This document shows, piece by piece, positions 8,574-16,295 of a stretch of 62,955 bases of DNA. The DNA comes from Planctomycetota bacterium. Its GTDB lineage: Bacteria > Planctomycetota > Phycisphaerae > Phycisphaerales > UBA1924. The notes under the pieces were generated by a model. It searched no databases and was not told the DNA's origin. It saw only the letters and a list, made by a program, of their open reading frames with translations. How positions within the stretch are numbered: the first letter of the stretch is position 1; every line of letters begins with the position of its first letter. The stretch is taken from NCBI GenBank assembly GCA_022563015.1, contig JADFOF010000001.1:1-62955 (forward strand), in the 5' to 3' direction. Position numbers and translations under genes: made by a program.

Positions 8574-9619
8574 GGCTCACCCCGGTGCCTGGCCAGCCCG
8601 AGCGCGACAATGAGTGCGGGATCGTCGGCGATGTGCGCGACATGCGACGGACACGTTGCGAACCGGCTCGGCGTCGCGATCATGGGGCTGTGCCCGATCT
8701 GCTGTCCCACGTGCTCGCGAACTCCAGGCAGCCTCGCGCCCTGGCCGAACAGAATCACTCGATCCGTCGTGACGTGCGGATAGCAATACGACGCGTAGTT
8801 GAGCGCGGTGTGAATCTCGTCGCTGAGCGTGTCGAGGTAGGTGCTGATCAGCCGGGCGATCTCGACCAGAACCCAGCCGGCGTCAGTGTCCAGTCCCGAG
8901 GGCGTATTCATTCGCTCGATCAGAAACTCGCACGACATCCGATCGAAGCCGAGGCGCTTTTCGATATCGTCCAGAAGGTGGTCCACACCGATCTCGGAAG
9001 TGCATCGATGATAGATGGGAAGCCCGGCGATGAGCAGTTGCGGCGCCGACCCCGTATCTCCGATCTCGATCATCGCAACGAGCCCGCCGCCCGACGCGAC
9101 CATGGGCTCGCACGCCGCGACGGCGGCGCACGGCCTGGGATAGAGCGAAACGATATCGAAACCGGCCTGATCCAGCGGTTCAAGAAACTCGTTGGCTTTA
9201 TCGTTCCCGCATCCGACAGCGACGATCTGCGTCTGCTCCCCCGCCCGCGCGAAGTCTGGCGTGTCCCAGCACCCCGCTGTGATCTGGTCGGCGGACAGAC
9301 CCGCATTGCTCGCAAGTTCGGCCACCGCGAGCGACTCGATAGGTGCCCCGCTCGACCGCGGCGGCAGCAAGAACGACGCCCACATGAGATCCGGATCCGG
9401 CACACCGACCGACACCTGCTTGCCGCGGAATCCCTGCCGATCGAGGATCTCACCGATGCGGTCGGACTCGCGGGCGGACAGGGAGAGCCCCGTCTCGACG
9501 CGCGAGAAGCGTGCCGCGGCTGCGATCTCGCCGTCCCTGGTGAGTTGGACCGCCGCGATGTGCCGCGAGCACACATCCAGTCCGATGACGCCGACGTTCG
9601 CGCCTCTGCGGCTCATCAC
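8570..9619 (-). CDS. PilM-like actin-fold assembly ATPase-like protein
   Basis: About 350 aa. N-terminal VGVIGLDVCSRHIAAVQL is actin/PilM-like. Sits between GspF-like and PilN-like genes with 4-nt overlaps on both sides. Confidence 0.65.
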   Translation of the reverse strand: MMSRRGANVGVIGLDVCSRHIAAVQLTRDGEIAAAARFSRVETGLSLSARESDRIGEILDRQGFRGKQVSVGVPDPDLMWASFLLPPRSSGAPIESLAVAELASNAGLSADQITAGCWDTPDFARAGEQTQIVAVGCGNDKANEFLEPLDQAGFDIVSLYPRPCAAVAACEPMVASGGGLVAMIEIGDTGSAPQLLIAGLPIYHRCTSEIGVDHLLDDIEKRLGFDRMSCEFLIERMNTPSGLDTDAGWVLVEIARLISTYLDTLSDEIHTALNYASYCYPHVTTDRVILFGQGARLPGVREHVGQQIGHSPMIATPSRFATCPSHVAHIADDPALIVALGLARHRGEP

Positions 9620-10839
9620 GCGGCCCCCTGTGTCGCCGACGTCAGATCAAGCAGTGGGAGGAACATGCTCAGCGCCACGAACCCCACGACAAAGCCGAGC
9701 AGAATGAGAATGAACGGCTCGACAATCGTGGACATCGAGCGAAGCGTCATCTCGTTGTCCTCGTCGAGGACGTCGGCGATGCCGATCAGCACGCAGCCGA
9801 GCGTGCCCGTGCGCTCGCCGGTGTCCATGGCCTCGACGACCGTGGGGCTGATCAGCCTGGATTTTCGGAATGCCGCGGTGAGGGTGTCGCCGTCGGTGAC
9901 TGCGGCCTGGGCGGCGTCGATCAGTTGCCGGTATCGTTCGTTTCCCGCGGCCTGCCCACACAGTTCGAGCGCGTCGAGCAGAGACACCTTGCTCTCCAGC
10001 AGCGTACCCAGGAGGCGAACAATTCGCGCGGTGATGAGATGCTGCGCGACCCGGCCGAGAACGGGCACGCTCAGCATGTAGTTCCCGATCGTCTGCTTGC
10101 CCGCGGGTCGTGTCGCCCAGAATGCTGCGCCGACCACGGTCCCGACGACAGCGGGCACGAGCGCCCACCAGTACATGCGAATGAAAGAGCTGAAGCCCAT
10201 GAGCAACTGCGTGCTCGGCGGAAGCGGGGCGTCAAGCGTGTCGAACAGCTCGGCGAATCGTGGCAACACAAACGTGATCATCGCGACCATCACGGCCATC
10301 GAGACGAACAGCAGGATGGACGGATACGCCAGCGACCCCATGATGGCGTTGCGCGTGCGCAGCCTTTGCCGTGTCATATGCGCGAGGCGGTCCAGCATGG
10401 GTTTCAGTTGGCCGCTCGACTCTCCGGCCGCGACGAGGCTCTGGCAGACGACATCGAACCGCTTGCTGTGATGCTCGAGCGCTCCTGAAAGCGACGCGCC
10501 GTTCTCAACCCGCGAGCGGATGTCGGTGACGATCCCGGCCCACACCGGATCGTCCTGCTGGCGCTCCACCGCGCCCAGCGCCTGCACGACCGGTGTCCCG
10601 GCGCCCACGAGCACGCTCAATTGCCGGCAGAAGTCGCTGACACGCTTGAGATCGTTCCGTCGCCGCAGCCGAACTGAGCGCACCGACGAGCGATCGGCCT
10701 CCGAGTCGCAGGGGCGCACCGAGAGCGGGATCAGGCCATGGGCGCGCAGCTTGTCGGACGCCTCGGCCACCGTCCCGGCGGTGATGGTGTCCGTGACCTT
10801 TGTGCCATCAGAGTCATACGCTTCGTACGTCAGCTTCAT
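9616..10839 (-). CDS. type II secretion/type IV pilus platform protein (GspF/PilC family)
   Basis: 407 aa with duplicated T2SSF-type cytoplasmic domains and 3 TM segments. Typical C-terminus LPLLDL. Overlaps the ATPase stop. Confidence 0.88.
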   Translation of the reverse strand: MKLTYEAYDSDGTKVTDTITAGTVAEASDKLRAHGLIPLSVRPCDSEADRSSVRSVRLRRRNDLKRVSDFCRQLSVLVGAGTPVVQALGAVERQQDDPVWAGIVTDIRSRVENGASLSGALEHHSKRFDVVCQSLVAAGESSGQLKPMLDRLAHMTRQRLRTRNAIMGSLAYPSILLFVSMAVMVAMITFVLPRFAELFDTLDAPLPPSTQLLMGFSSFIRMYWWALVPAVVGTVVGAAFWATRPAGKQTIGNYMLSVPVLGRVAQHLITARIVRLLGTLLESKVSLLDALELCGQAAGNERYRQLIDAAQAAVTDGDTLTAAFRKSRLISPTVVEAMDTGERTGTLGCVLIGIADVLDEDNEMTLRSMSTIVEPFILILLGFVVGFVALSMFLPLLDLTSATQGAA

Positions 10840-12593
10840 GCCGCGGCCCCGCCGGTATCAGCCTGATCGTCGCTGCAGGACTGATCGTCCTCGATGCTCG
10901 TGACGCGCAGGACTTCTTCAAGGCTCGTCTTGCCCTCCAGCGCGTGCTCGACCCCTTCGCGTCGCAATGAATAGACGCCGCTGCGCCGCAGAACCTGCCG
11001 CAGCGCGTGCGTGGGCTCGCCGGCGTGGATCAACTGACGCATGCGCCCGTCGACCTCCATGACCTCGAAGATGCCCAGGCGTCCCTGGAACCCGCTGTCG
11101 TGACACTGCCGGCACCCCTCGCCCTTGCGGAACGACCGCCCCTCGGCCGGGTCCAGCCCGGCGTCGATCAGCACCTGTTCGACAGGGTAGTAGTTCGTCG
11201 CGCACGCGGGACAGATCATCCGCGCCAGCCGCTGGGCGACGACGCCCTGCAGAGCGCCCGAGATCAGGTACGATTCGATGCCCATGTCCACCAGCCTCGC
11301 AATCGCTCCGGGCGCGTCGTTGGTGTGCAGCGTGGCGAGCACGACGTGGCCGGTCAGGGCGGCCTGGATCGCCACGCGGGCCGTCTCCTGGTCGCGAACC
11401 TCGCCCACCATCATCACGTCGGGATCCTGGCGCAGCAGGCTCCGCAGCACCCGGGCGAAGGTCAGCCCGATCGATTCCTGCACCTGCACCTGGTTGACAT
11501 AATCAAGCCGATACTCGACCGGATCCTCGGCGGTGACGATGTTTCGTGTCGGCCCGCGCAGCAGATCGATCGCCGAGTACAGCGTGGTCGTCTTGCCGCT
11601 CCCGGTCGGTCCCGTGACCAGCAGGAGTCCGTACGGGCGGGCCAGCACGCGGCGCACGCTCTCCAGCGATCTCACTCGCATGCCCAGATCCGACAATTGC
11701 ACCTTGAGGTTGTCCTTGTCCAGGATGCGGATGACGAGCTTCTCACCGAGCAGCGTCGGCATGCTGGACACGCGAAGATCGATCTCGCGTCCTTCCGCGA
11801 CGATGTGGACGCGGCCCTCCTGTGGCAGACGGCGCTCACCGATGTCCATCTTGCCGATGACCTTGACGCGCGAGACGATGGCCGAGTGCATGCCCGGCGG
11901 TGGATTCATGAGTTCGCGCAGAACGCCGTCGATCCGCTGCCGCATGCGCGTCCCGCGGTTGGTGGGTTCGATGTGGATGTCGCTGGCGCCGGCCTTGATC
12001 GAGGTCAGCAGGGCGACGTTGATCAGCGTGACGATCGGGCTGCCCTCGACCATCTTGTCGAGATCCGTGGCCGTATCGTCGTCGATCGACTCCTTCTCGA
12101 TGACCTGGACGTTGGATTCGGACAGGGACGCCAGGAACGAGTTGACATCGACGTCGCCCGCGGCGTACTTGCGCACGAACTCCAGGATGTTGCTCTCGAG
12201 CGCGAGCACCGGCCTGATCTTGCAGCCCGTCAGCGAGCGCACGCGGTCGATCGTGGGCAGCGATTGCGGCTCGGCCATCGCCAGCGTCAGGGTATCGCAG
12301 ACGCGGAACATCGGGATGACCTTGAGCCGTTCGGCCTCTTCGGCGCCGATGAGTTTGAGCAGCGCCGGATCGATCATCCCGTGCCGGAGCTGGCAGCCCT
12401 TCACGCCCAGGCGGTTCGCCAGCGCCCTGATCAAGACGCCGGCCGGAACGACTCCCTCCTCAACCAGCACCTCGCCGAGCAGGCGTCCGGAGCGGCGTTG
12501 CACGGCCAGGGCGGTCTCGAGCTCTTCGTTCGTGATGACGCCCTCGCTGACGAGCGCCTCACCGACCCGGGGTGGTTGTGACGAGGGTTTCAC
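10836..12593 (-). CDS. MshE-type secretion/pilus ATPase (GspE/PilB family) with N-terminal MshEN-like c-di-GMP-binding motif
   Basis: Walker A GPTGSGKTTT, Asp/His boxes, tetracysteine CPAC...CRQC. N-terminal RVGEALVSEGVITNEELETALAVQ. Proposed GTG start at 12593 overlaps the STAS stop (GTGA). The ORF track start at 12749 would overlap the STAS gene by about 160 nt. Confidence 0.85.
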   Translation of the reverse strand: MKPSSQPPRVGEALVSEGVITNEELETALAVQRRSGRLLGEVLVEEGVVPAGVLIRALANRLGVKGCQLRHGMIDPALLKLIGAEEAERLKVIPMFRVCDTLTLAMAEPQSLPTIDRVRSLTGCKIRPVLALESNILEFVRKYAAGDVDVNSFLASLSESNVQVIEKESIDDDTATDLDKMVEGSPIVTLINVALLTSIKAGASDIHIEPTNRGTRMRQRIDGVLRELMNPPPGMHSAIVSRVKVIGKMDIGERRLPQEGRVHIVAEGREIDLRVSSMPTLLGEKLVIRILDKDNLKVQLSDLGMRVRSLESVRRVLARPYGLLLVTGPTGSGKTTTLYSAIDLLRGPTRNIVTAEDPVEYRLDYVNQVQVQESIGLTFARVLRSLLRQDPDVMMVGEVRDQETARVAIQAALTGHVVLATLHTNDAPGAIARLVDMGIESYLISGALQGVVAQRLARMICPACATNYYPVEQVLIDAGLDPAEGRSFRKGEGCRQCHDSGFQGRLGIFEVMEVDGRMRQLIHAGEPTHALRQVLRRSGVYSLRREGVEHALEGKTSLEEVLRVTSIEDDQSCSDDQADTGGAAA

Positions 12594-12925
12594 AGGAAGC
12601 TCCGAACAGCGTCCGCCTGGTTGCTGAAGAACTCGAACAGCGGCGACAGATCCGTGAGATCGAGCACCTCCCTGATGGTGTCGTTGACGCCGCACACCTT
12701 CAGACATTCGCCCGCGCGACCGGTGCTCTCGGCCGTCTGCATCAGGCATTCAAGCCCGATGCTGTCCACGTACGCCACGGATCCCAGATCGAGAACCAGC
12801 CGACCGAGACTGCGTTCGGCGACGGCTTCGATGCGCGCCCTGAACACGGGCGCGTCGGTCTCGACCAGGGGACCGATGGGAGAGACGATCGTCACCGCAC
12901 CTTGTCTGTGTTCGTGGATTTCCAT
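12590..12925 (-). CDS. STAS-domain protein (anti-sigma-factor antagonist-like)
   Basis: 111 aa. LVLDLGSVAYVDSIGLECL is the SpoIIAA/RsbV-type STAS core. Confidence 0.8.
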   Translation of the reverse strand: MEIHEHRQGAVTIVSPIGPLVETDAPVFRARIEAVAERSLGRLVLDLGSVAYVDSIGLECLMQTAESTGRAGECLKVCGVNDTIREVLDLTDLSPLFEFFSNQADAVRSFL

Positions 12926-12932
12926 GGCGAAA

Positions 12933-14453
12933 CTATGCGGCCTTGGTCCGATTCGGAATGCTCAACGTAAACGTGCTCCCGCGGTCGGGCTCGGACTGAA
13001 CGGTGAGTTGTCCGCCGTGCAGCCGAATCACTTCCCGCGCCAGCGAAAGCCCGAGTCCTGAGCCTGAGATTCTCGAGACGCGCTGGTCCTGCACTCGATA
13101 GAACTTCTCGAAGATCCGATTCTGGTCTTCGGGCCGGATGCCGATGCCGTTGTCGCTCACCGAGACGTTGAGCTCGCTCTCATCCTGTCGCACCGACACG
13201 GTGACGAATCCTCCGGCGGGCGTATACTTGAAGGCGTTGCCGACCAGGTTGTGCAGGGCCATCGTCAGTTTGTCGCGGTCCGCGTGCAGCACGAAAAGCT
13301 TCGGTGGCAGTTCAAGCGTGAAGGTGATGTCTTTGTTCCGGGCGAGCTCGTCGTAGTCGAGCTTGAGCTCGTCCATGAGCGCCTCAAGATGCACCTCCGC
13401 GACCTCGATCTGGAGTGAGCCGGCATCGATTTCCGAGGCGGAGAGCATGTCCGTGACGATCCGCTCGAGCCGGCGCGCCTCCTGGTTGATCACATTGAGA
13501 CATTCGCCACGGATCAGAGGATCCTCGCCCTGCTCGATCGCCCGTTCGGCGTAGAGGCGGATGTTTGTCAGTGGCGTGCGCAGCTCGTGGGTCGCCTGAG
13601 TGACAAAGGTGTCGCGGGCCACATCGGCCGCGTGCTGTTGCGTGAGATCCTCGATCAGGATGATGAGCGGCGAGCCCGCGTCCGACCCCGCTCGCGTGGC
13701 GCTGAAGCGAAGCACGGTTTCGGCGTCGTCATCGCCGGACCTGGCCTTCGTCTTGCACCGCTTTCGGCCGGAAGATGCCCCGGCCTCGCGAACCATCGCC
13801 AGGGCCTCGGGATCATCGATGATCTGGTCGATCGGGCTTCCGATAGCGTGCTGTGGCGAGGTCCGCAGCAGTCGTCCCGCGGCGCCGTTGCAGAACACCA
13901 CGCGCCCGCGGGAATCCACCACGACGCATCCCAGCCACAGCGCGGCGCACGCCTGCTCGAGCGCGTCGGCGCCGGGTCTGGACGCGGCAATCGTCTGCGC
14001 GATCACGGTGGCCCGCGCTGCCTCCCTCGCCCTGTCGACCTCCTCGAGGTGCTTGTTCCAGGCCTCGGCTTCCGGACCCGTCCGCTCGTCCAGGCGCAGG
14101 GCGGCGGTGTCGGTCTCCCCGCGGGCGATCGCCGCCATGGCGCCGCGTATCGCCAGCAGCGGCTTGGCGGCCCGAATCACCGCGACGACCACTACCAACG
14201 TGAGCGCCGCCGACGCCAGCGCCCACCCCGCGATCGATCCAGCCAAAGCCTGCATTGCTGCGGGAGCCGACCCGGGGCTCCTCGTCAACGCCCACACAAA
14301 GCCCCCGCCCGCCACCAGCGGACACACCACCAGCACGCGCACCGTCAGGTTGAAGCGCCAGCGAACGCCTCGGCGGTGCGGTGGACGACGGACCGGTATC
14401 TCTACTTCTTGAGTGGGCATGTGGCAAAGGGCCGGCGCAGCCGACCTCATCAA
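12933..14453 (-). CDS. sensor histidine kinase (TM, HAMP-like, PAS, HisKA, HATPase_c)
   Basis: H-box HELRTPLTNI, N-box GNAFKYT, G1 DNGIGI, G2 GSGLGLSLAR. Alternative start at ATG 14420. Confidence 0.88.
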   Translation of the reverse strand: MMRSAAPALCHMPTQEVEIPVRRPPHRRGVRWRFNLTVRVLVVCPLVAGGGFVWALTRSPGSAPAAMQALAGSIAGWALASAALTLVVVVAVIRAAKPLLAIRGAMAAIARGETDTAALRLDERTGPEAEAWNKHLEEVDRAREAARATVIAQTIAASRPGADALEQACAALWLGCVVVDSRGRVVFCNGAAGRLLRTSPQHAIGSPIDQIIDDPEALAMVREAGASSGRKRCKTKARSGDDDAETVLRFSATRAGSDAGSPLIILIEDLTQQHAADVARDTFVTQATHELRTPLTNIRLYAERAIEQGEDPLIRGECLNVINQEARRLERIVTDMLSASEIDAGSLQIEVAEVHLEALMDELKLDYDELARNKDITFTLELPPKLFVLHADRDKLTMALHNLVGNAFKYTPAGGFVTVSVRQDESELNVSVSDNGIGIRPEDQNRIFEKFYRVQDQRVSRISGSGLGLSLAREVIRLHGGQLTVQSEPDRGSTFTLSIPNRTKAA

Positions 14454-14796
14454 ATGCTGTGTTCCCCGAAACTATCGGCAAATGGGCGGGCCAACTGAGG
14501 CTCCTGGATCCTGCACCGGGAGCGCTTATCGTCGGCCAACGCACGCCATGCCTCGCCGCCGGATGTTCGCAAGGCGTTTGAACCCCGTGAAGACACCAGC
14601 TCCAGAGCGGGATCTGCGTCCGAAAACCAGTCTCACGTGCAATTTCCTCGAATGGCGGCGTTAGGCAGCCGGCGCGAGGCGGCCGGGGGAAATGACACAG
14701 GTGTCGCGCCACGAGTGAGCAGGAGTCGAAGCAATGCGTCTGACAAGAACAACGGTGAGCAGTTCAGGATTGGTCGGCAGGTACCCCAGAATCGCG

Positions 14797-16056
14797 ATGC
14801 GAGCACTTATCGCTGCGGCGTGCCTTGGGGTCTTCGCGCCAGCCGCCCAGGCCCAGTTCGGAGGCGGCTTTGGTGGCTTTGGAGGCTCGGCGGGCATCAA
14901 CAGCCGGAACCTGGAGCAATATGCCGAGATCCTTCGTCTGACCGAAGAACAGCGCGATGTCGTCCAGATCCTGTTCGAGGAGTACATGCAGGAGACGCAG
15001 GATCTGAGCCAGGAACGGCGTTCGCAGATGGAGAGCATGCGCGAGGCGATGCGGTCGGGCGGAGGAGGCGGTGACTTCAGCCGGTTCCGCACCGTGGGCG
15101 AGCAATTCGGGAAAAAAAGACAGGCGCTGCAGGATCGGCTTCTGGGTGATGTCCGGGTCATGCTGACCGAGGACCAGGCGACGCAATGGCCCCGGCTCGA
15201 GCGGGCGATCCGCAGGGACCAGTCGTTGCGGAGAGGGTTCCTCAGCGGCGAACGGGTGGATCTGACGCGCGTCGTCGGGCAGGTCGATCTCAGCGAAGAG
15301 CAGCTTGCCGAAGTGGAGACGGTGCTCGAGCGGTACGAGGTCGATCTGGATCGCGCCCTCGTGGCCCGCGACGCGGCGCAGACACGCGCCATGGAGCAGG
15401 CTCGTGAGGTATTTCGCTCGGGCGACGCTGAAGCCGGCGAGGAGTTGTTCGAGAAACAACGCAAGATGAGTGCCCGCGTGCGCGACCTGAACCGGCGGTA
15501 CGCCCGCGAGATCGAGGGGCTTCTGGCCGACGATCACAAGGCCCGTTTTCAGGATTCCTACAAGCGCTCGAGCTTCCCGCAGGTGTATCGCCCGGGCCGG
15601 GGACAGCGCGTGATGGAGCTGATCTCGGCGTACGAGGATCTGACCGAGGAACAACGCGACGCGATCGCGTCGATCCGTGAGACGTACGAGCGTGACGTGA
15701 GCAAGGTGAACCAGCAGCACGCCGCCGCCATCGAGGAATCCGAGATGTCGATGACCGTGCGCGATATGTTCCGCATGCGCGGGCGCGGCGGGCGCGATCA
15801 GGGCGGGGGCGGTCGTGGCAATCGCGGTGACCGAGGCGATCGTGGCGATCGCGGAGGCCGGGGCAATCGCGACGCCGGACCGGGCGCGGAGTTCGTCCAG
15901 AAGAAGCGCGAGCTGGACGCACACACCGTCGAGACCATCCAGAGGCTCCTCAGTGAAGCTCAGGCCGAGCGACTCGAAGACCAACTGAACGAGATTCGCC
16001 AGCGCGAGCGCGAGCAGCGCGGGGACCGTGGGCGGCAGTTCCGCCGCGACCGCTAA
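14797..16056 (+). CDS. secreted L(T/S)xxQ-repeat protein (Spy/CpxP-like periplasmic family, tentative), paralogue 1 of 3
   Basis: Signal peptide MRALIAAACLGVFAPAAQAQ. Repeated LTEEQ/LTEDQ/LSEEQ motifs. RG-rich tract, then tail LNEIRQREREQRGDRGRQFRRDR. Confidence 0.75.
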   Translation: MRALIAAACLGVFAPAAQAQFGGGFGGFGGSAGINSRNLEQYAEILRLTEEQRDVVQILFEEYMQETQDLSQERRSQMESMREAMRSGGGGGDFSRFRTVGEQFGKKRQALQDRLLGDVRVMLTEDQATQWPRLERAIRRDQSLRRGFLSGERVDLTRVVGQVDLSEEQLAEVETVLERYEVDLDRALVARDAAQTRAMEQAREVFRSGDAEAGEELFEKQRKMSARVRDLNRRYAREIEGLLADDHKARFQDSYKRSSFPQVYRPGRGQRVMELISAYEDLTEEQRDAIASIRETYERDVSKVNQQHAAAIEESEMSMTVRDMFRMRGRGGRDQGGGGRGNRGDRGDRGDRGGRGNRDAGPGAEFVQKKRELDAHTVETIQRLLSEAQAERLEDQLNEIRQREREQRGDRGRQFRRDR

Positions 16057-16295
16057 ATTCGCCGTTCGTTGTTCGCTAACAATTCGGGATAGGCTGACCG
16101 GCGTACCCGAGATCGTGTAGGCTGCTCCTTCGACCAAGCGCCGAGTTATGAGATCGGGCGAATCCACAAGGACTGACTCCGACCGTACAGGCCGGAACCC
16201 GTGTGGGTGGCCTCATTCCACACGCCGGGTTTGCACCGACCGGGCAACCAGGAGCGCAGCAATGGAAGCCACGCGGATCGGGCTCGGACACGTGG
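15898..16295 (+). repeat. high-identity block A (3' end of paralogue 1, 205-nt spacer, 5' end of paralogue 2)
   Basis: Aligns without net indel to 17330..17727 (offset 1432 bp). The core 15981..16121 shows about 6 mismatches in 141 nt by eye. Confidence 0.85.
16069..16082 (+). promoter_or_regulatory. AT-rich inverted repeat TTGTT-CGCT-AACAA in the spacer upstream of paralogue 2
   Basis: Perfect 5-bp arms. The same element is at 17501..17514 (TTGTT-CGGT-AACAA). Operator- or promoter-like in a GC-rich background. Confidence 0.4.

Noticed and set aside
11007-12581. 524-aa plus-strand ORF (and 11533..12627, 364 aa) opposite the first secretion ATPase
   Set aside because: The translations are Arg/Ala/Pro/Gly-rich with no motifs. 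The opposite strand encodes a full GspE/MshE ATPase with all signatures. This is a typical antisense open frame in high-GC DNA.
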